DNA from: an uncultured Bacteroidales bacterium
GTDB lineage: Bacteria; Bacteroidota; Bacteroidia; Bacteroidales; UBA12077
NCBI GenBank assembly: GCA_964585385.1
Contig: CAZPDP010000001.1
Span: forward strand, 123,839-187,838
Direction: 5' to 3'
Length of the DNA stretch: 64,000 nucleotides
Translations under genes and position numbers: made by a program
The notes under the pieces: generated by a model
Database searches by the model: none
What the model saw: only the letters and a program-made list of their open reading frames with translations
What the model was told of the DNA's origin: nothing
Shown: positions 28,964 through 38,029 of the stretch, in pieces
Position numbering within the stretch: the stretch's first letter is position 1
How the letters are laid out: each line of letters opens with the position of its first letter

Positions 28964-30973
28964 TTATTCCTTGTTGTTATTTTCGTCTTTTTGTGATTGA
29001 TCTTCTTTTTTATCGTTTTCTTTCTTATCACTCTTTTCTTTTTCTTCCATCTCATCTTTTAGAGATGCCAGGTCGGAGATGTCACCCAGTGTTGTTTTCT
29101 CAACATTTTTATTGACTTTGCTGACATTTTTGCGTGTTTTCTGGGTTTTCTCTTTTTCTTCTTTTCGTTTTTCATCTTCGTAAACTCTACGATGTGAAAG
29201 TACGATTTTTTTTCCTTCTTTGTTAAATTCAATCACTTTAAATGGTAACTTTTCATCAACTTTTACTGTCGACCCGTCTTCTTTTACTAGATGCTTGGGC
29301 GAAACAAATCCTTCAACACCGTAAGGAAGAGACACCATTGCACCTTTGTCAAAGATATCTATTACTGTACCCTCATGAATTGAACCTTCTTTAAATACAG
29401 TTTCAAATACATCCCATGGGTTTTCTTCAAGTTGTTTGTGACCCAGGCTTAATCTTCTGTTTTCCTTATCTATTTCAAGGACGACCACTTCAATCTCTTC
29501 ACCTATTGAGGTAAACTCTGCAGGGTGGTTGATTTTTTTGGTCCAGGAAAGATCAGATATGTGAATTAAGCCGTCAACACCTTCTTCAATCTCAACAAAT
29601 ACGCCAAAATTGGTAAAGTTTCTTACAGTAGCTTTATGCTTGCTGTTTACAGGGTATTTTTCTTCGATGTTATCCCATGGATCCGGCTTAAGTTGTTTAA
29701 TTCCGAGAGACATTTTGCGTTCTTCCCTGTCTAAGGTGAGAATCTGAGCTTCCAATTCGTCCCCAACTTTGAGGAATTCCTGTGCACTTCTTAAGTGTTG
29801 TGACCATGACATTTCTGATACGTGTATAAGTCCTTCCACGCCGGGCTGAATTTCAACGAATGCACCATAATCAGCCAAAACAACAACTTTTCCTTTTACA
29901 ACGTCACCCACTTTAAGGTTAGGATCAAGTGAATCCCATGGATGAGGAGTTAATTGTTTCAGACCAAGTGCAATTCGTTTCTTCTCATCATCAAAGTCAA
30001 GAATTACTACATTCAGCTTCTGGTCAAGCTCTACAATTTCTTCCGGATGATTTACACGACCCCAGCTTAAGTCTGTTATGTGGATAAGACCATCAACACC
30101 GCCCAGATCAATAAATACACCGTATGAAGTTATATTTTTGACGGTACCTTCAAGTACCTGACCTTTTTCAAGTTTGGATATGATTTCTTTCTTCTGTTGT
30201 TCCAGCTCTTCTTCTATGATTGCTTTGTGTGATACAACAACATTTCTGAATTCATGGTTTATTTTAACAACCTTAAAATCCATTGTTTTGCCAACATAAG
30301 CATCATAATCGCGAATGGGTTTTACATCAATTTGTGAACCAGGTAGGAATGTTTCTATTCCAAACGCATCAACGATCATACCACCTTTTGTACGGCATTT
30401 AATATAACCCTGGATGATTTCATCGTTGTTGTGTGCCTTGTTAACTTTTTCCCAGGCGCGTAAAGTTCTGGCTTTCTTATGAGAAAGAACCAACTGACCA
30501 TCTTTGTCTTCCTGGTTTTCAATATAAACTTCTACCTTGTCACCAGATTTGAGGTCCGGATTGTGTCTGAATTCGTTTCTACTTACAACACCTTCAGATT
30601 TGTACCCAATATTAATTACTACTTCTTTTTTGGATACTGATACTACAGTACCTTCAACAACTTCCTTCTCCTTAATGGTGGAAAGGGTTTTGTCATAGAG
30701 TTGCTCGTACTGTTCTCTTTCATTCGGATCATAGTCATCAATTTCCTGATCCATGTTTTCCCAGTCAAAAGATTCTTGCTGTTCAACTGTTTCTTCTTCG
30801 GCTCCAGCAGTTTCGATAAAGTTTTTTTGAGGAGCATCGTCTTCAGTGGTCTCAAATTCTTTTTCTTTCTCTTCTGCTTTCTTTGCTTCCTGGTTTTCCT
30901 GCTGTTCCTGCTTTTCTTGTTCTTCGTTGTTAACAGCTTCTTTTCTTACTTTTTGTTCTTCTTGTTTAGCCAT
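28964..30973 (-). CDS. rpsA: 30S ribosomal protein S1 with charged terminal extensions
   Basis: Six S1/OB repeats ('G.V..I...G.FV.L..GV.GLIH.S..SW'). Both termini are E/K/Q-rich and low-complexity. Confidence 0.9.
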   Translation of the reverse strand: MAKQEEQKVRKEAVNNEEQEKQEQQENQEAKKAEEKEKEFETTEDDAPQKNFIETAGAEEETVEQQESFDWENMDQEIDDYDPNEREQYEQLYDKTLSTIKEKEVVEGTVVSVSKKEVVINIGYKSEGVVSRNEFRHNPDLKSGDKVEVYIENQEDKDGQLVLSHKKARTLRAWEKVNKAHNNDEIIQGYIKCRTKGGMIVDAFGIETFLPGSQIDVKPIRDYDAYVGKTMDFKVVKINHEFRNVVVSHKAIIEEELEQQKKEIISKLEKGQVLEGTVKNITSYGVFIDLGGVDGLIHITDLSWGRVNHPEEIVELDQKLNVVILDFDDEKKRIALGLKQLTPHPWDSLDPNLKVGDVVKGKVVVLADYGAFVEIQPGVEGLIHVSEMSWSQHLRSAQEFLKVGDELEAQILTLDREERKMSLGIKQLKPDPWDNIEEKYPVNSKHKATVRNFTNFGVFVEIEEGVDGLIHISDLSWTKKINHPAEFTSIGEEIEVVVLEIDKENRRLSLGHKQLEENPWDVFETVFKEGSIHEGTVIDIFDKGAMVSLPYGVEGFVSPKHLVKEDGSTVKVDEKLPFKVIEFNKEGKKIVLSHRRVYEDEKRKEEKEKTQKTRKNVSKVNKNVEKTTLGDISDLASLKDEMEEKEKSDKKENDKKEDQSQKDENNNKE

Positions 30974-31440
30974 TTAATAATCCTTAATAATTAATAAGTT
31001 AGACATTATTTCTGTTTACAAATGATTTGCAAAATTATAATTTTTATTGTTTTTAAAAAATTATATATCAACTATTTTTTGTAGCAACAATAAATGGAAA
31101 AAAATTGAAAAAGTCAATTGAATTGAATGCTTATTGAAAGATTGTAAATAAAGTAATTCAAATGGACCGTATTATAATTTTCATAAAAAGCAACATCACT
31201 ATTATTGAAATTCTTGATTAAAACGTTTGTGTATACTAATTATTTTATTTGAATTGCCAGGAAATTCTAAGAACTTATTTTGCCGGTTATGTCATTCTGA
31301 ACTTTTATGATTTATACCTGTCTTAGTTAATTGATCTAAATAGACAGGCCTGATTTTGATTCCTGAATAAAAAATATTTAATTTATAGGCATCATATCGG
31401 ATATCTAATCTCGAACGTAAATATTCTAAATCATTGTCTG

Positions 31441-34400
31441 TTGGACTACAAAGATAAATCAGCTGAATTTTCCCCCCGGGAAGCTTCTTTCTCCGGAGAA
31501 GAGCTTCTTAATAAAATTTTTCATTCCAAATCTGCTTTAATTGCTATTTCTTCTCTTGATGATGGTAAAATAATTAAGGTTAGCGATCATTATCTTGAAC
31601 TATTTGGGTTCACCCGTGAAGAAGTCATTGGTCAAACATCAATCCAACTGGGTTTATTTAAGGACACAAAATCCCGGAATGAGTTGATGGAAAGAGTGAA
31701 GGAGAGAGGCTTTTTAAAGGATGTCGAGATTAATCTGAAGACTAAAGATAACTTTTACCGCCATGGTTTAGCTTCTTTTGAGATCATCCAAATACGGAAT
31801 AATAATTATTTACTGATTTTGTGGACAGATATAACCAGCAATGAATATTACAATAAAAAATTAAAAGAGAACAGAGAATTATACGAGAATCTTTTTTATG
31901 AAAACAAAGCGGTAGAATTGGTGATCAATCCAAAGACCCGCAAGATAGAAGATGCTAATCAGTCGGCTGCCCGATTTTATGGTTATTCTGAGAAAGAATT
32001 AAAAAATAAGAAAATTGAAGATCTCAATCTGAGTCCCATCAAGGAGATAAAAGAAGCTATTAATAAAGTTTTGCAGAATGAACAATATTCTTTTGAATTT
32101 AAGCATAAATTAAAAGACGGAAATATAAAAGATATTCGATCTTATTCTACACCAGTTAGATGGCAGGACACAGAGTATATTTATACCGTTATCATGGATA
32201 TCACGGATGAAAAGAAAGCAGAACTTCAGAATAAAAAACAACAAAGCTATGATCAGTTAAGAGCAGAATTTTGGCGAGTTGCCGTTTTGAGCCAGACCAG
32301 GAGCAGTTTGATTAACAGTTTGTTTCAAAGCATTGGAAAATTTCTAAACCTTGACAGAATAAGCTTTATTACACCAGAGACTGATAAAAATGTTTACAAA
32401 TGTGCAGAACAATGGAGATCAGAACAGACTTATATCAAGAAAGAGTGCAAATTACCTTCCTGGTTTCTTCACTATTTTTATGGAAAAGAATACCATATAC
32501 TGTCTTTTGATGAAATAGCAACACTGAAAAACAAGGAATATGATTTTTTTAGTAAAAGTGGAGGACAGCTTATCATTCCTTATGGCAAAACAAAATCGCC
32601 GGAAGGCTTTTTTACATTTGAGTATTTTTCTGATGAAAGGGACTGGGAGGACAGAGAAATTCAAATTACCCAGGAACTAGCCAATATTGTAAGGTTAAAA
32701 TCTGATGTGCTTGAGTCATCAGAAAAGATAAAGCAGTCGGAACAAAAATTCAGGTTGATTTCTGAAGCTTCACGAGACCTTATTTGTGTTCACGATAAAG
32801 AAGGGATTTTTATATATGTATCACCGTCTTCCAAAGATATCCTGGGATTTGAACCCGAAGAATTAATAGGTACTTCTCCTTATGAACTTTTTCATCCCCA
32901 GGACAGGGAAATGCATATCAGAGAATCACACGATAAAGCATTAAACTTCAATCTCACAAACAAGGTAGAGTACAGGATCCAGACAAAAAAGGGAAGGTAT
33001 ATCTGGTTTGAAACTGTCACTCAGCCTATTAAGGATGAATTTGGTAATGTGGTGGAGCTTCAAACCTCTTCCAGGGACATAACCGAAAGAAAGCTAACTG
33101 AGCTTAAATTGAAAGAGAATGAAGAAAAGTACAGGAACATATTTGAAAGTATGTTCGATGTATACCTTGAAGTTAATGTAGGCTCTAATGAGATTATTGA
33201 AATTAGTCCTTCTGTAAAGAGAATTACCGGATTCGAAAGGCATCACTTACTGGGAAAATCAGTTTTGTCGATTTTTGCTAAGCCGGAAGATAATAGCCGG
33301 TTGATTGAAGAATTAAAACAAAATAATCGAATAAGCGATTTTGAAATCGCCTTAATAAATAAAAACGGACAAAGGGTAATTTGTTCATTCTCTGTACGCT
33401 TAGTACATGATGAGTTTAACAAACCTGAAAGGATAGTTGGAACGTTAAGAGATATTTCTCAAAGGAAAGAATACGAAAAAGAATTACAGAATGCCAAAGA
33501 GAAGGCAGAAGCAGCTTCAAGAGCAAAAAGTGAGTTTTTAGCCAACATTTCGCATGAAATACGAACTCCAATGAATGCTATTCTTGGTTTTAGTGAGGTA
33601 TTGGTTAATAAAATTACCGATCCCGTTCAGAAGAGCCATCTTGAGGCTATTTTGAGCAGCGGCAAAACTCTCCTGGCATTAATTAACGATATACTTGACC
33701 TTTCAAAAATAGAAGCCGGCAAATTGCAAATTATGCTGGAGCCCGTACAATTGCCGGCAATTATAGAGGATATTCAGCATATCTTTGAAAAAAAGATAAA
33801 AGAAAAAAATCTCGAGCTCCTGATTGATATAAACACTATAATTCCCGAGTCTCTGATGCTTGATGAGATACGTATCAGACAAATACTGTTTAATTTGGTG
33901 GGGAATGCTATAAAGTTTACAGAAAAAGGACAAATCAACTTGAAAGTAGAAACGAAATTTAAAGGGGATGATACGTATGATTTAAAATTGGTTGTCGAAG
34001 ACACAGGAATTGGGATACCCAGAAAACAGCAAAAACATATTTTTGGAGCTTTTGAGCAACAAGATGGACAGGATAGCAGAAAGTATGCAGGGACAGGTCT
34101 GGGGCTGAACATTACTAAAAAACTGGTAGAGACAATGGATGGGGAAATCAGTGTTTCGAGCCGGATTGGGAAAGGATCAAAATTTACAATTATCCTACCG
34201 AATGTTAGGAAAGCAGAAACAGGTAGTTATTCCGTTCGGTCAAAAACTGAAGACGAGACACAGGTTGAGTTTGAATCAGCAACAGTTCTGATTGCTGATG
34301 ATATCCAGTATAATATTGACGCAGTTAAGAATCTTTTAGATTCTCAGAACTTGAAATTTCTGGAAGCCCAAAGTGCTGAAAAGGCAATGGAAATCATTAA

Positions 34401-34959
34401 AATAAATACTCCGGATATTATCCTTATGGATTTGAGGTTCCCGGATTTAAGTGGCTATGAGGCAGCGGCCCTGTTAAGGGCAGAAAATCATAAGAAAAAC
34501 TTCGTTATTGTAGCTTATACTGCTAGATCTATGAACGAAGAAGAAGAAGAGGCAAAAACTTTGTTTGACGATGTGCTTCGGAAACCAGTAACCAAAAATG
34601 AGCTTTATGCCCTGATGAAAAGATATATACCTTATCGTTCAGCTAAACCTGCTTCCGAATCGGATAGTCATGAGGTGTTTGATAAACTTTCAGAATTATC
34701 TGAAGCTGATTATAAAATGTTTATGAATGATCTGGAGAATGAAATTCTCCCGGTTTGGAATGAAATTAAGGACAGTTTAATTATATTTGAAATTGAAGGT
34801 TTTATAAAAAAGCTAAAAGAAACACAGGATAAATATGGCCTAAATATTTTAGATGGATATATTAATGAAATGAACAGGCATCTGAAAAATATCGATATAG
34901 AAAATATTCAGTCAAAATTAAAATCGTTTGAAGATATTATTGAAAAATTAAAGTCATAG
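31441..34959 (+). CDS. Hybrid sensor histidine kinase (multi-PAS / GAF-like / HisKA-HATPase / REC / C-terminal helical domain)
   Basis: H-box 'FLANISHEIRTPMNAILGF', N/G boxes 'NLVGNAIKFT', 'DTGIGI', 'GTGLGL', and REC 'VLIADD...IILMDLRFPDLSG...KPV'. Several PAS-like segments lie upstream. The first canonical start in frame is the TTG at 31441, so the start is uncertain. Confidence 0.85.
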   Translation: MDYKDKSAEFSPREASFSGEELLNKIFHSKSALIAISSLDDGKIIKVSDHYLELFGFTREEVIGQTSIQLGLFKDTKSRNELMERVKERGFLKDVEINLKTKDNFYRHGLASFEIIQIRNNNYLLILWTDITSNEYYNKKLKENRELYENLFYENKAVELVINPKTRKIEDANQSAARFYGYSEKELKNKKIEDLNLSPIKEIKEAINKVLQNEQYSFEFKHKLKDGNIKDIRSYSTPVRWQDTEYIYTVIMDITDEKKAELQNKKQQSYDQLRAEFWRVAVLSQTRSSLINSLFQSIGKFLNLDRISFITPETDKNVYKCAEQWRSEQTYIKKECKLPSWFLHYFYGKEYHILSFDEIATLKNKEYDFFSKSGGQLIIPYGKTKSPEGFFTFEYFSDERDWEDREIQITQELANIVRLKSDVLESSEKIKQSEQKFRLISEASRDLICVHDKEGIFIYVSPSSKDILGFEPEELIGTSPYELFHPQDREMHIRESHDKALNFNLTNKVEYRIQTKKGRYIWFETVTQPIKDEFGNVVELQTSSRDITERKLTELKLKENEEKYRNIFESMFDVYLEVNVGSNEIIEISPSVKRITGFERHHLLGKSVLSIFAKPEDNSRLIEELKQNNRISDFEIALINKNGQRVICSFSVRLVHDEFNKPERIVGTLRDISQRKEYEKELQNAKEKAEAASRAKSEFLANISHEIRTPMNAILGFSEVLVNKITDPVQKSHLEAILSSGKTLLALINDILDLSKIEAGKLQIMLEPVQLPAIIEDIQHIFEKKIKEKNLELLIDINTIIPESLMLDEIRIRQILFNLVGNAIKFTEKGQINLKVETKFKGDDTYDLKLVVEDTGIGIPRKQQKHIFGAFEQQDGQDSRKYAGTGLGLNITKKLVETMDGEISVSSRIGKGSKFTIILPNVRKAETGSYSVRSKTEDETQVEFESATVLIADDIQYNIDAVKNLLDSQNLKFLEAQSAEKAMEIIKINTPDIILMDLRFPDLSGYEAAALLRAENHKKNFVIVAYTARSMNEEEEEAKTLFDDVLRKPVTKNELYALMKRYIPYRSAKPASESDSHEVFDKLSELSEADYKMFMNDLENEILPVWNEIKDSLIIFEIEGFIKKLKETQDKYGLNILDGYINEMNRHLKNIDIENIQSKLKSFEDIIEKLKS

Positions 34960-34987
34960 ATTACTTGATAGACAAATAAAGAAATAT

Positions 34988-36112
34988 ATGGACATGGAAA
35001 GTAACTTTGAACCGCAAAATTCTGTTATTCTTGTTGTTGATGATAGCGTTCAGAATCTGAAATTGCTCGGGAATATGCTTAAAGAATGGGAATTTCAGAT
35101 AGCTCTGGCCAAGGATGGTCATGAAGCTCTTAAACTTGTACCCAAAGTCAATCCTTCCCTTATACTACTGGATATTATGATGCCTGATATAGATGGATAT
35201 GAAGTTTGTGAGCGATTGAAGGAAGATGAAAACACAAGAGATATCCCTGTTATTTTTCTTACTGCTAAGACTTCCAATGATGCTATTGTTAAAGGCTTTA
35301 GAGTTGGGGGAGTGGATTATGTAACCAAACCTTTCAACAAAGATGAATTGCTAATGCGAATTCAAACCCATCTTGAATTAAAAGCCTCTCATGACAAGAT
35401 AAGAAGCCAGGCCAGGGAACTTGAGAAAACCAATGCCACAAAAGATAAAATGTTTTCTGTAATATCCCATGATTTAAGGGCTCCTCTCGGGGGAATGAAG
35501 AGTATGCTCGACTTGATTTTTAACGATAAAAAACAAGATAAACCTGTTTCCGAAAAATCGCTTGTGTCTCTGAAAAATGCAGCAGATCATACATATAATC
35601 TCCTGGAGAATCTATTGTACTGGTCCAGAAGTCAGCGTGAAAGACTAGAGTGCGATCCCCAGCTTATTAATATCTATGACCTTGTCACTGAAAATATTGA
35701 GCTGATGCAAACGATGGCTCAAAATAAGGGATTAGAAATAAAAAATCAAATTCCTGACAATACATATGTTTACGCTGATAATAATATGATCAAAACAGTG
35801 GTAAGAAATCTTATTTTTAATGCTGTTAAATTTACATCAGAAGGTTATATAGCCTTATCAACAAAGGAAAAAGATGAAAAGATTTTAATTATTGTAGAAG
35901 ATACTGGAGTTGGGATTAAAGAAGATGATATACAGAAGATAATGGACACTAAAAAATACTTTACCACTTATGGAACAAAAAGAGAAAAAGGAAGTGGTTT
36001 GGGTCTTAATTTATGTCTGGATTTTGTACATAGAAACAAAGGAGAAATTGATATAGAGAGTCAGTATGGCAAAGGCACTAAAGTGACCTTCAGTCTTCCT
36101 AAAAAACAATAG
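34988..36112 (+). CDS. Response-regulator receiver fused to histidine kinase (REC-HisKA-HATPase)
   Basis: REC 'ILVVDDS...ILLDIMMPDIDGYEV...LTAKT...DYVTKPF', H-box 'FSVISHDLRAPL' and 'NAVKFT', 'DTGVGI', 'GSGLGL'. Confidence 0.85.
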   Translation: MDMESNFEPQNSVILVVDDSVQNLKLLGNMLKEWEFQIALAKDGHEALKLVPKVNPSLILLDIMMPDIDGYEVCERLKEDENTRDIPVIFLTAKTSNDAIVKGFRVGGVDYVTKPFNKDELLMRIQTHLELKASHDKIRSQARELEKTNATKDKMFSVISHDLRAPLGGMKSMLDLIFNDKKQDKPVSEKSLVSLKNAADHTYNLLENLLYWSRSQRERLECDPQLINIYDLVTENIELMQTMAQNKGLEIKNQIPDNTYVYADNNMIKTVVRNLIFNAVKFTSEGYIALSTKEKDEKILIIVEDTGVGIKEDDIQKIMDTKKYFTTYGTKREKGSGLGLNLCLDFVHRNKGEIDIESQYGKGTKVTFSLPKKQ

Positions 36113-36256
36113 ATTGTTTATTGGACAAACAGTGTTCTTTTGAACATACATGAAACTCATTTGGTAAATAAATTAGAAGGCAAAATTAATTTGAAGTTAA
36201 AACCAGGCAGTGGTTAAACTTTTAATGTAGTGATTCCGGCAGATTAAAAACAATTC

Positions 36257-36688
36257 TTATTCATAGGGGTGAAAATTAAAGGTGAGGCCGCTGATTTCCT
36301 GGAAAGTTTCACCTGAATCCAGAATATCGTCATCATCTTCCAGGTAGTGCCATTCAATTTTTAAATCATGACCGGATTCTTTTAAGCTTTTGCAAAGATG
36401 AATCAGCTCAAAAATCATTTTTGAAGAAGCTGTGTTGAAGTATTCAAGTTTAAAAACAACTTTGGTTGATGATGAAGGGGTTTTAATATAGCGATCTGTC
36501 CAGGTGATTATGGGGTTGTATAATTGTTTTGCATTTTCCGGGATAGAGCGTCCTTCCAATTGTATTACACCTTCTTGCTTATTTAAATAGATTTCGGGAG
36601 TTTTTACGGTGCCTTTGATATGCACAGTATCCTGGTCTATTGAATTTTCAAGCTTTTTTATTAATGCTCTCTGGTTGTTAGGGCTCAT
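36257..36688 (-). CDS. SiaC-like / DUF1987 regulatory protein (copy 3)
   Basis: 143 aa. 'TPEIYLN...IQLEGRSIPENAKQLYNPIITW', 'KLEYFNTASSKMIF' and 'WHYLEDDDDILDSGETF'. Confidence 0.6.
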   Translation of the reverse strand: MSPNNQRALIKKLENSIDQDTVHIKGTVKTPEIYLNKQEGVIQLEGRSIPENAKQLYNPIITWTDRYIKTPSSSTKVVFKLEYFNTASSKMIFELIHLCKSLKESGHDLKIEWHYLEDDDDILDSGETFQEISGLTFNFHPYE

Positions 36689-36712
36689 AAGATTGAATTT
36701 TACGTTGGTACA

Positions 36713-37108
36713 TTATTCGTAACTAATGAAATTGAACGGGATTTCAGTAATATCTGAATAATCCTCGCCTGCTTCCAGCATATCATCATCTTCTTCAAGA
36801 TAATACCAATCAACATCTAGTTCTTTTCCGTTTTCCTGGATACCCTTTAAATTTTCAATTATATCCATTATCATTTTTGAAGAAGCTGTATTAAAGTATT
36901 CAAAATTAAATACAACTTTTGTCTTATCATTTGCTTCTTTAGTATAACTTTCAAGCCACTCCATGATGGGACTATAAAATTCCTTTGCGTTTTCAGGTAG
37001 TGACCGTCCGGAAAATTCCAACTTACCATTGTCTTTATCAAGTTTGACTGCAGGGGTTGATTCAGTTGCTTCTACCTGAAAAGTCTGAGGGAAATTATTT
37101 TCTGCCAT
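36713..37108 (-). CDS. SiaC-like / DUF1987 regulatory protein (copy 2)
   Basis: 131 aa. 'TPAVKLD...LEFSGRSLPENAKEFYSPIMEW', 'NFEYFNTASSKMIM' and 'WYYLEEDDDMLEAGEDY'. Confidence 0.6.
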   Translation of the reverse strand: MAENNFPQTFQVEATESTPAVKLDKDNGKLEFSGRSLPENAKEFYSPIMEWLESYTKEANDKTKVVFNFEYFNTASSKMIMDIIENLKGIQENGKELDVDWYYLEEDDDMLEAGEDYSDITEIPFNFISYE

Positions 37109-37132
37109 AATTTTTTAAATTTAATGTTAACT

Positions 37133-37603
37133 CTAATACCCAATTACCCATAAAATTCTTTGTTCATCAATACATTTTTCGGTTATTCCGATTAAGCCTT
37201 CATTAACTTCTATAAGTCTTTTCAAATAATCCTTCCACTTAGATTCCCAGTCTGGTTTGGTTTTTGATAATTTTTCCAGGAATTCCTCTCCAAGAAAAAT
37301 ATTGCTTATATGTGTTTTTAAATCCTCCAGGCTTTTTATGTTTGTTAAAGTTTCCAGTTTTTTGGATAATTCATTTTTTAGGGGTACAATTTTTCTCAGA
37401 TTATACTTCGTTGCTCCGTAAAACTCATATAGTGAATTACTGTTTTCAAAACATTTAATAAAAAGGTTAAAAACTTCACTTTGCATATAAAAAGATTCCG
37501 AATCTCCCTTAATATAATTTTCGTTATCGCCTGTTGTGTTTAGTTCAACAATGTTTAGATAATCAGCATCAAATAATTCTATCCTTAGCTGGCAGTGATC
37601 CAT
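37133..37603 (-). CDS. Hypothetical protein, first gene of the DUF1987 x2 operon
   Basis: 156 aa, soluble and probably helical. No motif I recognise. It lies 24 nt upstream of the next gene. Confidence 0.5.
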   Translation of the reverse strand: MDHCQLRIELFDADYLNIVELNTTGDNENYIKGDSESFYMQSEVFNLFIKCFENSNSLYEFYGATKYNLRKIVPLKNELSKKLETLTNIKSLEDLKTHISNIFLGEEFLEKLSKTKPDWESKWKDYLKRLIEVNEGLIGITEKCIDEQRILWVIGY

Positions 37604-38029
37604 ATTATAATCCGCTTTTCCTTTATTCCAAATTTATAAAATAAATTTATTTAAATCACAATATTCCGCTTTAAATCTACTTAACTTAACAATCGTTTTA
37701 TATTATTTGTTTTTAAAAACTAGGCTGATTGGCAAAGAAATATTTCTTCTTAGTAAGAATATAGCTAAAGCCATCAGTAACCGTGATGATATGCATATTT
37801 AATTTTGTTTAAGTCATTTCATCCTTATTTTACACTTAATTTCAGTATTCCACTGAATCAATTCATAAAATTAATCTTTTATTATGAATTATTCAACAAA
37901 CAGCTATCGTGTCAATTTGTCTTCCGGGTACACATTATTATGACAAAATGACTTAATTTTATTCTGGGTTTTCTTTGGCAAATCTTTTGATAAAGGTGAA
38001 GGGAAGATAAAACAAGGAGGAATTTATAT

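Noticed and set aside
30701-30994. 97-aa + strand ORF opposite the 5' end of rpsA
   Set aside because: It is the mirror image of the GAA/AAG-rich low-complexity N-terminal extension of S1, giving an artificial Phe/Leu-rich product.
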